NCBI RefSeq assembly: GCF_006345805.1
Contig: NW_021832709.1
Location: 1 to 27,722, forward strand
DNA length: 27,722 bases
Direction: 5' to 3'
From: Octopus sinensis
Lineage: Eukaryota
Shown: positions 10,140-21,715 of the stretch, in pieces
How positions within the stretch are numbered: the stretch's first letter is position 1
Layout of the letters: each line of letters begins with the position of its first letter
The notes under the pieces: model-generated
Database searches by the model: none
What the model was told of the DNA's origin: nothing
The model's input: only the letters and a program-made list of their open reading frames with translations
Program-made: the position numbers and the translations under genes

Positions 10140-10670
10140 TTCCGGGTTCAGTCCCACTGCGTGGCACCTTCGCCTTGTGAGTGGATTTCGTAGACGGAAA
10201 CTGAAAGAAGCTCGTTGTGTGTGTGTGTGTGTGTGGTTCTGTTTGTTGCTCCACCATCGCTTGAGAACCGATGTTGGTGCGTTTATGTCCCCGTAACTTA
10301 ACGGTTCGGCAAAAGGGAAACCGATAGAATAAGTACTAGGGGTCGATTTGTTCGACTAAAGGCGGTGCTGTGACTGTGTTTGGTAGACGGAAACGGAGAG
10401 AAACCCGTTGTGTGTGTGTGTATATATATATATATACACGTACATACATACATACATGCCTGTATTCCCCTACCACCGTTTGATAACCGGAGTTTGTGTG
10501 TTTACGTCCCTGTAACCTTGCGGTTCGACAATGGTGACCAATAGAATAAGTACCGGGCTTGAAAATGAGAGAAAAAAAAATTAAGTATCAGGGGTGGATT
10601 CAATCGACCAAAAGTTCCTGGAAGCGGTGCCCCAGCATGGCCGCAGTCCGATGACTAAAACGAGTAACAG
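10140..10670 (+). mobile_element. Degenerate family A-related fragments
   Basis: GGTTCAGTCCCACTGCGTGGCACC, GACGGAAACTGAAAGAAG and CGATAGAATAAGTAC blocks with deletions. Confidence 0.75.
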
Positions 10671-10955
10671 ATAAAAAAAAAGATAAAAAATAGATAAATA
10701 AAAGCACAATTTCATACGCACACACGTAGAACATTTTACCTTTGTTTCAATTATTTCACTCTGGCCTTGCTGGAGCATCGCCATGACAAGTTTTAGTGGA
10801 ACAAACTGACCCCTAGACCTTTTTTTTTTCAAACACCTAGCACATATTTTATCGGTTTTCTTTTTGCCGAACCGCTAAGTTACGGGGATGGAAACACACC
10901 AACACCTGTTGACTAATACAAGCACAACGACACACACACACATATATATTTTATA

Positions 10956-11320
10956 TTTTTACTTGTTTCAATTGACTGCGGCCATGCTGGAGCATCACCT
11001 TAAGGACCTTAGTCGAACAAATCGCCCCAGAACTTAATACTTATTCTATCAGTCTGTTTTGCCGAAATGCCAATTTACGGGGACATAAACACACCAACAT
11101 CGGCTGTCAAGCGATAGTGGGGAGGGTGACAAACACAGGAACATACACATAAATATATATATATACATATGTATGACGGGCTTCTTTTAGTTTCCGTCTT
11201 ACAAAATCCACTCTAAGCTTTGGTCGGTCCAATAGTAGAAAACACTTGCCCAGGATGCCACGCAGTGGGACTGAAACCGGGACCATGTGGTTGGTAAGCA
11301 AGATTCTTGCCACACAGCCA
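10956..11320 (-). mobile_element. Family A SINE, moderately diverged
   Basis: Colinear blocks from the tail to the A box. Confidence 0.85.
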
Positions 11321-11342
11321 AGCCTTGTGTAGAACTATATAG

Positions 11343-11722
11343 ACACGAGGCCCGAAATTTGGGGGGAGGGGTTAGTCGATTAGATCGACCCCAGTACGCA
11401 ACTGGTACTTAATTTATTGACACAGAAAGGATGAAAGGCAAAGTCTACCTCGGCGGAATTTGAACTGAGAACGTAACGGCAGACGAAATGCCTATTTATT
11501 TACTACCCACAAGGGGCTAAACATAGAGGGGGCAAACAAGGACAGACAAACGGATTAAGTCGATTATATCGACCCAGTGCGTAACTGGTACTTAATTTAT
11601 CGACCCCGAGAGGATGAAAGGCAAAGTCGACCTCGGCGGAATTTGAACTCACAACGTAACGGCAGACGAAATACCGCCAAGCATTTCGCCCGGCGTGCTA
11701 ACGATTCTGCCAATTCGCCGCC
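11343..11722 (-). mobile_element. Family B SINE: head, one full unit, then a second unit with an alternative tail
   Basis: Junction AAATAG|GCATTTCG at 11492|11491; the terminal unit ends CCCTCCCCCCAAATTTCGGGCCTCGTG instead of CCCCTTGTGGG..AAAGAAAT. Confidence 0.88.
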
Positions 11723-11741
11723 GCCTTTTTATACACAATAT

Positions 11742-12059
11742 GGAAGCACTCCGTCGGTTACGACGACGAGGGTTCCGGTTGATCCGAATCAACGGAACAG
11801 CCTGCTCGTGAAATTAACGTGCAAGTGGCTGAGCACTCCACAGACAAGTGCACCCTTAACGTAGTTCACGGGGATATTCAGCGTGACACAGAGAGTGACA
11901 AGGCCGGCCCTTTGAAATACAGGTACAACAGAAACAGGAAGTAAGAGTGAGAGAAAGTTGTGGTGAAAGAGTACAGCAGGGATCACCACCATCCCTGCCG
12001 GAGCGTTGTGGAGCTTTTAGGTGTTTTCGCTCAATAAACACTCACAACGCCAGGTCTGG
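11742..12059 (-). mobile_element. Family D retroposon, probably 5'-truncated, with an 11-bp target-site duplication
   Basis: ATACACAATAT at 11731-11741 and 12060-12070 flanks a GC-richer insert; orientation and SINE identity are recalled or inferred. Confidence 0.75.
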
Positions 12060-12354
12060 ATACACAATATACTGAATAATTGAATTTAGCAATTAAATCA
12101 AGCTATACCGCATGACAACAATATTAAAACGGTGTCAAGCCATCCAGTCCACTTCACCAAAAGTTTTTCCACCACAATCACGCAAGCCATCATGTGATAC
12201 AATTATTTCTAACAAAAACTTTTGATACGCAAAAATGAAAGTATTTCGACACAGTATTTTCTTTTATTTATTTAAGTCACTGGACTGTGGCAATGCTGGA
12301 GCACCGCCTTGCTATACACGTCTTTTTTATCCTTTCTTTTTTCTCTTTTTTGTT

Positions 12355-12756
12355 ACTCTTTTACTCTTTACTCTTTTACTTGTTTCAGTCATTTGACTGC
12401 TGCCATGCTGGAGCACCGCTTTTAGTCGAGCAAATCGACCCCGGGACTTATTCTTTTGTAAGCCCAGTACTTATTCTATCGGACTCCTTTGCCGAACCGC
12501 TAAGTGACGGGGACATAAACACACCAGCATCGGTTGTCAAGCAATGCTAGGGGGACAAACACAGACACACAAACACATATATATGTATATACATATATAC
12601 GACAGGCTTCTTTCAGTTTCCGTCTACCAAATCCACTCACAGGGCATTGGTCGGCCCGGGGCTATAGCAGAAGACACTTGCCCAAGATGCCACGCAGTGG
12701 GACTGAACCCAGAACCATGTGGTTGGTAAGCAAGCTACTTACCACACAGCCACGCC
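12355..12756 (-). mobile_element. Family A SINE, full length, young
   Basis: Near-identical to 18307-18710. Confidence 0.93.
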
Positions 12757-13042
12757 TATTGTTTAAAATTCATTATCTTTTATCTTCCATCTCTCGTTTC
12801 CCTCATAAAAAACCCCCGCCATGCTGGAGCACCACCGTGAAAAGTTTTATAGGCGAACGTACCGACCTCAGTACTAATTTGTTTTTGCTTTTAAAGCCGG
12901 CTATTCTATCGTACCCCTTAGCCGAACCGCTACGTTACGGGGACGTAACACACCAACACCAGTTGTCAGACGATGATGGTAGGAGGTCAGATACAACACA
13001 CACACATATATATTTATAAGGGATCAGTATGCGTGTTTCCCT

Positions 13043-13175
13043 AACCACATGGTTCCGGGTTCAGTCCCATTGCTGAGCACCTTGGGCAAGTGTCTTCTGC
13101 TATTATAGCCCCGGGCTGACCGAAGCCTTATAACTGAGTTAGGCAGACGGAAACTGAAAGAAGCTTGCCGAATAT

Positions 13176-13245
<70 letters not shown>

Positions 13246-13440
13246 TATATATATTATATATATATATATGGGCGCAGGAGTGGCTGTGTGGTAAGTAGCT
13301 TGCTTACCAACCACATGGTTCCGGTTCAGTCCCATTGCTGAGCACCTTGGGCAAGTGTCTTCTGCTATTATAGCCCCGGGCTGACCGAAGCCTTATAACT
13401 GAGTTAGGCAGACGGAAACTGAAAGAAGCTTGCCGAATAT

Positions 13441-13539
<99 letters not shown>

Positions 13540-13578
13540 GGGCGCAGGAGTGGCTGTGTGGTAAGTAGCTTGCTTACC
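13043..13578 (+). repeat. Tandem duplication of a ~268-bp unit (old A 5' half + microsatellite + start of a young A head)
   Basis: Units 13043-13308 and 13309-13578 share private variants CATTGCTGAGCACC, TATTATAGCC and CCTTATAACTGAGTTAGGCAG. Confidence 0.92.
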
Positions 13579-13913
13579 AACCACATGGTTCCGGGTTCAG
13601 TCCCACTGCGTGGTATCTTGGGCAAGTGTCTTCTGCTATAGCCTCGGGCCGACCAAAGCCTTGTGAGTGGATTTGGTAGACGGAAACTGAATGAAGCTTG
13701 TCGTATATATGTATGTGTGTGTATGTTTGTCCCCCTAGCATTGCTTGACAACCGATGCTGGTGTGTTTACGTCCCCGTCACTTAGCGGTTCGGCAAAAGA
13801 GACCGATAGAATAAGTACTGGGCTTACAAAGAATAAGTCCCGGGATCGATTTGTTCGACTAAAGGCGGTGCTCCAGCATGGCCGCAGTCAAATGACAGAA
13901 ACAAGTAAAAGAG
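13540..13913 (+). mobile_element. Family A SINE, full length, young (reference copy)
   Basis: A box 13551-13562, B box 13594-13604, CORE-like CTTGGGCAAGT near 13617-13628, 3' hairpin CAGTC-AAAT-GAC(A)G, tail AGTAAAAGAG. Confidence 0.95.
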
Positions 13914-14000
<87 letters not shown>

Positions 14001-14002
<2 letters not shown>

Positions 14003-14226
14003 AGGCGCGTGGCGCAAGATTGCAGTTTCGATTCCTGGACTGGGCATTGTATTCTTGAGCAAAACACTTCATTTCTCGTTGCTCCAGTCCACTCAGCTGG
14101 CAAAAATGAGTAACGCTGCGATGGACTGGCATCCCGTCCAGTTGGGGGGGGGGGGGAAACACATACGCCATTGAAACCGGGAAACCGGGCCCCATGAGCC
14201 TGGCTAGGCTTTAAAAGGGCGCATTT
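14001..14226 (+). mobile_element. tRNA-derived SINE with a V-domain-like motif and an internally deleted head
   Basis: GGAGGCGCGTGGC joined directly to GCAAGATTGCAGTTTCGATTCC; CTGCGATGGACTGGCATCCCGTCCAG at 14116-14141 resembles the V-SINE central domain (from memory). Confidence 0.65.
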
Positions 14227-14541
14227 ATTTATATATAATTGTACCTTTGTGTTTGTTCCACACACCGATTGACAACTGGGGATAGTTTGTTTACATCCCT
14301 GGTACTTAGCGCTCCGGCACGAGACCGATAAAATAAGTACTCGGTTTGAAAACAAGCACTACTGTCCTTTCGTTTGATCGACCCCAAAAAAAGGGCTATA
14401 AGCAAAACAAAAAAAAAAAAGAAGAAAAACGAAAACGCTTGCCCCAGGTACAGTGCACTGGGCATGAACCCAAGTCTACAGAATTGGGAAGCTAGCTTTC
14501 TTAACCATTCACCCACCCCAGCGCCTTTGTGCCCAATTAAA

Positions 14542-14570
<29 letters not shown>

Positions 14571-14573
<3 letters not shown>

Positions 14574-16941
14574 TGCAGTACCAGGCAGTGGCTTTCAATG
14601 CCCTGATGCAGTACCAGGCAGTGGCTTTCAATGCCCTGATGCAGTACCAGGCAGTGGCTTTCAATGCCCTGATGCAGTACCAAGGCAGTGGCTTTCAATG
14701 CCCTGATGCAGTACCAGGCAGTGGCTTTCAATGCCCTGATGCAGTACCAGGCAGTGGCTTTCAATGCCCTGATGCAGTACCAGGCAGTGGTTTTCAATGC
14801 CCTGATGCAGTACCAGGCAGTGGCTTTCAATGCCCTGATGCAGTACCAGGCAGTGGCTTTCGATGCCCTGATGCAGTACCAGGCAGTGGCTTTCAATGCC
14901 CTGATGCAGTACCAGGCAGTGGCTTTCGATGCCCTGATGCAGTACCAGGCAGTGGCTTTCAATGCCCATGGATCAGTACCAGGCAGTGGCTTTCAATGCC
15001 CTGATGCAGTACCAGGCAGTGGCTTTCAATGCCCTGATGCAGTACCAGGCAGTGGTTTTCAATGCCCTGATGCAGTACCAGGCAGTGGCTTTCAATGCCC
15101 TGATGCAGTACCAGGCAGTGGCTTTCAATGCCCTGATGCAGTACCAGGCAGTGGCTTTCGATGCCCTGATGCAGTACCAGGCAGTGGCTTTCAATGCCCT
15201 GATGCAGTACCAGGCAGTGGCTTTCAATGCCCTGATGCAGTACCAGGCAGTGGTTTTCAATGCCCTGATGCAGTACCAGGCAGTGGCTTTCAATGCCCTG
15301 ATGCAGTACCAGGCAGTGGCTTTCAATGCCCTGAGTGTGCAGTACCAGGCAGTGGCTTTCGATGCCGGCAGTCTGCAGTACCAGGCAGTGGTTTCAATGC
15401 CCTGATGCAGTACCAGGCGAGTGGCTTTCAATGCCCTGATTCGCATGCCTGATGCAGTACCAGGCAGTGGTTTCAATGCCCTGATGCAGTACAAGGCAGT
15501 AGGCAGTGGCTTCAATGCCCTGATGCAAGCAGTACAGGCAGTGGCTTCAATGCCCCTGATGTCAGTACCAGGCAGTGGCTTTCGATGCGATGCCTGATGC
15601 AGTACCAGGCAGTGGCTTCGCAATGCCCTGATGCAGTACCAGGCAGTGGCTTTCAATGCCCTGATGCAGTACCAGGCAGAGTGGTTTTCAATGCCCTGAT
15701 GCAGTACCAGGCAGTGGCTTTCAATGCCGACCAAGGCAGTGGCTTTCAATGCCCTGATGCAGTACCAGGCAGTGGCTTTCAATGCCCTGATGCAGTACCA
15801 GGCAGTGGCTTTCAATGCCCTGATGCAGCTCAGTACCAGGCAGTGGCTTTCAATGCCCAGATGCAGAGCAGTACCAGGCAGTGGTTTCAATGCCCTGATG
15901 CAGTACCAGGCAGTGGCTTTCAATGCCCTGATGCAGTACCAGGCAGTGGCTTTCAATGCCCTGATGCAGTACCAGGCAGTGGCTTTCGATGCCCTGAGGC
16001 AGTACCAGGCAGTGGCTTTCAATGCCCTGATGCGTACCAGGCAGTGGCTTTCAATGCCCTGATGCAGTACAGGCAGTGGTTTTCAATGCCCTGATGCAGT
16101 ACCAGGCAGTGGCTTTCAATGCCTGATGCTAGTACCAGGCAGTGGCTTTCAATGCCCTGATGCAGTACCAGGCAGTGGCTTTCGATGCCTGATGCAGTAC
16201 CAGGCAGTGGCTTTCAATGCCCTGATGCAGTACCAGGCAGTGGCTTTCAATGCCATGAGCAGACCAGGCAGTGGTTTTCAATGCCCTGATGCAGTACCAG
16301 GCAGTGGCTTCAATGCCCTGATGCAGTACCAGGCAGTGGCTTTCAATGCCCTGATGCAGTACCAGGCAGTGGCTTTCGATGCCCTGATGAGTGCAGTACC
16401 AGGCAGTGGCTTTCAATGCCCTGATGCAGTACCAGGCAGTGGCTTTCAATGCCCTGATGCAGTACCAGGCAGTGGCTTTCAATGCCCTGATGCAGTACCA
16501 GGCAGTGGCTTTCAATGCCCTGATGCAGTACCAGGCAGTGGCTTTTTCAATGCCCCTGATGAGTACCAGGCAGTGGCTTTCGATGCCCTGATGCAGTACC
16601 AGGCAGTGGCTTTCAATGCCCTGATGCAGTACCAGGCAGTGGCTTTCAATGCCCTGATGCAGTACCAGGCAGTGGCTTTCAATGCCCTGATGCAGTACCA
16701 GGCAGTGGCTTTCAATGCCCTGATGCAGTACCAGGCAGTGGCTTTCGATGCCCTGATGCAGTACCAGGCAGTGGTTTTCAATGCCCTGATGCAGTACCAG
16801 GCAGTGGCTTTCAATGCCCTGATGCAGTACCAGGCAGTGGCTTTCAATGCCCTGATGCAGTACCAGGCAGTGGCTTTCGATGCCCTGATGCAGTACCAGG
16901 CAGTGGCTTTCAATGCCCTGATGCAGTACCAGGCAGTGGCT
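14571..16941. repeat. 33-bp minisatellite, ~72 copies (GATGCAGTACCAGGCAGTGGCTTTCAATGCCCT)
   Basis: Seen directly; recurrent point variants; indel-noisy middle section. Confidence 0.97.
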
Positions 16942-17464
16942 CTCATGGCTTCTGATCTTAACTGATTGGAAGTGTTATCATGTACATTGTTTTGTCTTGG
17001 TATAAAAGATGGGCTACAGCAAATATTCTGCTCAATACCACAGATTTGCTTGTCAGTTTGACCTTAACCAGTTGAGCATGACCCTTAGTGGCTGACGAAT
17101 GTGCATCTCTGATCACGAGCAGAAGTAGTGGGGGAGCATCATAGCCTTGTGTTGAGAGGGATTCTTTGGGGTTTAAATAATTCACCTCTGGAAACATGGG
17201 TGGTTCTTTCAACATCCTTAAACAACCCTTATTCAGGGACCTTTTGAGCGGGATGGGCTACTCAACCAGAAGAAAATTCTAACTGGGCCCCACCTGCAAG
17301 GTCATGTGCTGTTTATCTTAATATGAGGTCACCATGTCGCGCACATATGGTTGTGATGCATGTGCCTGGTGTACCCTTATCAGACGGGTAGCCATGATGG
17401 GTATACTGGGCTTCGTATATTTTACCCCAGTGTCACTTTGATGGCATGCTCTGCTCTCTCACTC
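16942..17464 (+). mobile_element. Family F interspersed element, (AAT)n-tailed, contiguous with the minisatellite
   Basis: A second partial copy lies at 22169-22258; ends CTCTCTCACTC followed by (AAT)n; orientation is inferred. Confidence 0.7.
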
Positions 17465-17584
17465 AATAATAATAATAGTGATAATAATAATAATGATAAT
17501 AATAATAATGATAATGATAATAATAATAATGATAATGATAATAATAATAATGATAATGATAATAATAATAATAAAATAATAATG

Positions 17585-17654
<70 letters not shown>

Positions 17655-17762
17655 CATAATAATAATATAATAATAATAATAAAATAATAATGAATAATAA
17701 TAATAATAATAATATAATAATAATGATAATGATAATAATACTAATAATAATAATAAATAATA

Positions 17763-17836
<74 letters not shown>
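17465..17836. repeat. Imperfect (AAT)n array, ~370 bp
   Basis: Seen directly. Confidence 0.97.
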
Positions 17837-17839
<3 letters not shown>

Positions 17840-18306
17840 CAATGGAAGAACGTGATTTGCCGAAACTGTGCCAAATTTTGCAGAATTCTTCCAAATTCTA
17901 ATTAAAATCGGTTACGCTTTGTAATTTACATAAAAGAAACCTTTTTTCTGTTTTCGTTTTGGCTGTTACTGACAACAAAACGAAGAACCCCTTAGAAATG
18001 ATTATTAAATGGAAAATAGGGCAGTTCGAGTGGTGTTTTGCTGTTGTTATTGTTGTTTTAGTTGTTGAGGAGGATGTAGTGGTTGTTGTTGTTGCTTTTA
18101 GTGTGTAGGGTAGGTTCCACGTCAAATGGTATGTTATTTTTGCACGCATCTGGGGGCAGAAACTGGTTTCAGTGTGCGTACTCAAAAACCTCTAAGAAAC
18201 AAACAAATACACAGACACACAGACTCGTGTGTATGTCTGTGTGTTAATGTTTGTCTTTATGTCGAATTATAACGAAAACAATTCTACATCAAACTGAAGA
18301 AGTATA

Positions 18307-18710
18307 CTCTTTTACTCTCTTACTTCTTTACTTGTTTCAGTCATTTGACTGCGGCCATGCTGGAGCACCGCCTTTTAGTCGAGAAAATCGACCCCGGGAC
18401 TTATTCTTTGTAAGCCCAGTACTTATTCTATCGGTCTCTTTTGCCGAACCGCTAAGTAACGGGGACGTAAACACACCAGCATCGGTTGTCAAGCAATGCT
18501 AGGGGGACAAACACAGACACACATATATATTATATACACATATATACGACAGGCTTCTTTCAGTTTCCGTCTACCAAATCCACTCACAAGGCATTGGTCG
18601 GCCCGGGGCTATAGCAGAAGAACACTTGCCCAAGATGCCATGCAGTGGGACTGAACCCGGAACCATGTGGTTGGTTAGCAAGCTACTTACCACACAGCCA
18701 CTCCTGCGCC
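18307..18710 (-). mobile_element. Family A SINE, full length, young
   Basis: All diagnostic blocks present. Confidence 0.95.
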
Positions 18711-18847
18711 TATGTGTCAATATTTTTTTTGTCGAGTAACACATATCAGTTATATTTTTACAAGAGAAGGGAGTGACTTTGACAGTTCGGCGAAAGCTAG
18801 AAGACTGGAACCTCGAAGTAAATGTCAATATTCTTTTTATATATATA

Positions 18848-18998
18848 CTAGCAGTATCGCCCTGCGTTGCTCGGGTTTGTAAGGAAAATAACTATAAAGC
18901 ATTTTTAGAGAGTTATAGCCAAAAAATAGCAAAAAAATGCATTAAAAATGGAAAAAAATTATGGTAAATTTTTTAAAAATCGTTGACTCATCGTAGAG
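18848..18998 (-). mobile_element. Non-autonomous Helitron 3' terminus (5' end not resolved)
   Basis: Minus strand has the hairpin CCCGAGCAACGCAGGG, then CTAG followed by T; terminal ~33 bp are shared with 23038-23070. Confidence 0.7.
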
Positions 18999-19094
18999 TT
19001 ATGAGGAAACAAAGTCTTAGGAGCACACTTCTGTTGATAGTTCCCAAGTCAACTTGATCAAGCAAAGGCGTTCCAACTGTGACCATTCGGTATA

Positions 19095-19370
19095 CTCTTT
19101 TTACTCTTTACTCTTTTACTTGTTTCAGTCATTTGACTGCGGCCATGCTGGAGCACCGCCTTTAGTCGAGCAAATCGACCCCAGGACTTATTCTTTGTAA
19201 GCCCAGTACTTATTCTATCGGTCTCTTTTGCCGAACCGCTAAGTGACGGGGACGTAAACACACCAGCATCGGTTGTCAAGCAATGCGAGGGGGACAAACA
19301 CAGACACTCAACACAACCACGCATATATATATATCTATATATCTATATATATATATATATATATAATATA

Positions 19371-19418
<48 letters not shown>

Positions 19419-19584
19419 TATACGACGGGCTTCTTTCAGTTTCCGTCTACCAAATCCACTCACAAGGCTTTGGTCGGCCCGAGGCTATAGCAGAAGACAC
19501 TTGCCCAAGATGCCACGCAGTGGACTGAACCCAGAATCATGTGGTTGGTAACCAACCTACTTACCACACAGCCACTCCTGCGCC
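19095..19584 (-). mobile_element. Family A SINE with internal (TA)n expanded to ~100 bp
   Basis: Colinear with family A; TA run at 19323-19422. Confidence 0.94.
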
Positions 19585-20050
19585 ATAGTTTTTTTTCTTT
19601 TTCTTTTTTTTTAAGGATAATTTGTTTAGGAAGGACTACAACATCATCCAGAATATTTCATTTAAAAAATTAAAAAATCAGCAGAAGTGTTATCCGAGGG
19701 AGGTGCCAGCGACCCTAAGTCGTTCCTGCACGAGAAGAGAAGAGAGGAAGTAATCTTTTGAGCAGGAAGGAATCTTTACTTGAGCCAAACAATTGAGAAG
19801 CTTCAGAGAAACCTGGAAATGTCATTAACTGTGTTATTAATCGGAAGAAATCGAGCGAGAAGAGGAAGATAAAAGAACAGAAAGAATAGAGAAAGGAAGT
19901 GACAAGTAGTACGAACTGCTTGCCCCGGCCACGAACGGAAGATGGGAAGATCTTGAGAAGAAGAGCAGAACGAACGAGCGAGGAAAAACAAATAAAAGAA
20001 ATACGGAATGTAAGAAAAATTCGGGAGGAAAAAACCCACCAGAAAAATGA

Positions 20051-20110
20051 TGATTTCTTTATTTGCCACAGGGGCATCAGAGGAGAGGCACATTACAAGT
20101 ACAGTTTACA
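20051..20110 (-). mobile_element. Short Tx1/L1-like LINE 3' tail fragment
   Basis: Minus strand GCCCCTGTGGCAAATAAAGAAATCAT resembles the tail at 21716-21745. Confidence 0.5.
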
Positions 20111-20124
20111 ATCTGTGTGTATAT

Positions 20125-20459
20125 ATTTCTTTATTATCCACAAGGGGCTAAACACAGAGGGGATAAACAAAGACAGACAAACGGATTAAGTCGATTACTT
20201 CGACCCCAGTGCGTAACTGGTACTCAATTTATCGACCCCGAAAGGATGAAAGGCAAAGTCGACCTCGGCAGAATTTGAACTCAGAACGTAGCGAAATACC
20301 TATTTCTTTACTGCCCACAAGGGGCTAAACACAGAGGGGACAAACAAGGACAGACAAACGGATTAAGTCGATTACCTCGACCCCAGTGCGTAACTGGTAC
20401 TTAATTTATCGACCCCGAAAGGATGAAAGGCGAAGTCGACCTCGGCGGAATTTGAACTC
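20125..20459 (-). mobile_element. Family B dimer, 5'-truncated
   Basis: Two units with junction AAATAG|GTATTTCG at 20300|20299. Confidence 0.9.
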
Positions 20460-20702
20460 TCTCCGCTTGACAACTGGTGTTGGTTTGTTTTATGTCCCCA
20501 TAACTTAGCGGTTCGGCAAAAAAGGGACAGAAAGAATAAGTACAAGGCTGTAAAAAAAATTTTAATAAATAAATAAATAAGTACCAGTTGGGGGTCGATG
20601 TTAATTGCTGTCCTCCTGATAATTTATGGAACTTCCAAAATCCGACCAATCAAGGAACCCCAGAAATCCAGGATTAGAGTTCTCACCCAGTTGTTCTCCA
20701 AT

Positions 20703-20886
20703 CTACGGGCGCATAGTTAAAATAGAGCCATTCACTCAAACCATTTTTGCCACCAACCCCTAACACAACATGCTTTTAACAAATTCATTGGGAGAACTTC
20801 CCTTCTCGGCCCTCAGTTTCCTTTCCAAGTGGAATTTTAAAAAGTCGATGAGGGCTTGGCCGCAGAGGGTGATGTCTTTCCTCAAA
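20703..20886 (-). pseudogene. Decayed C-terminus of a Tx1/L1-like LINE ORF2
   Basis: Translates RKDITLCGQALIDFLKFHLERKLRAEK..EFVK...VAKMV*VNGSILTMRP*, homologous to 21959-22138. Confidence 0.7.
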
Positions 20887-21715
20887 TAATATTCTTCTTA
20901 CAAAGTGCAAAATTATGATTTTAAATAAAATCGCTGATAAAAATTAGCGATTAGTTTTAAAATTAACAGAAAGATCATAACATAATAGAAATAAGGTAGG
21001 CGAAAGCATCGCACAATGGAATAATTGAGGTTTTAATTAAATTAATTTTGATTAAATCAAATCAAGTTAAATGATTGTGAAATAAAAAAGAATTGCCAAA
21101 ACACTCCTCCACTGTAATGAGAAACTGAATTTGCGAGGATTTTTTTTTTTTTTTGTAAACTTGTAATCTCCTATGTTTAAAACATATCACCGAGAAAAAA
21201 TATTCGGAAGAAAAAAAAGTATGACGAAAAACAAAGAGAGGATAGAAGATTAAAAGATACAGTAATTTTTTTTTTCTTTACAGAACTTTAATCTCTTATG
21301 CAAAATATAGAAATCCAAAGAAATGTTCGAATAATGATATTTCTTAAGGACAATAATTTTGAGGGGATGGGATGATGAGTCGATATCATTGACTCCTTGT
21401 TTGTAGGCCCCGAAAAAAATGTAAGGTAAAGTTGACCTCAGCTGTATTTGGAAGAAATTCCGCTAAGCACTTTGACGCGCTAACCATCCCACCAGATCGC
21501 TGTCTTGGGGTTTCTCATTGAGGCAACAGGCCAGCCAGTTTGAGGGGTTGGACAGATCGATTACATCGCCCCTTGTATTTGACTGGTATTTTATTTTAGC
21601 GACGGCGAAGGGATTCAAAACAACGGTAACCTCGGGACGAAGAACAAGACGAAATTGCGAAAAACATTTTCCCGGCGTTTTAACGATTTTGCCAAACCCA
21701 ATAATAATAATAATT

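Noticed and set aside
14571-16941. CRISPR array, or a bona fide repetitive protein CDS
   Set aside because: Repeats are contiguous with no spacers or cas genes in a eukaryotic context; frames shift repeatedly and there are no flanking coding domains.
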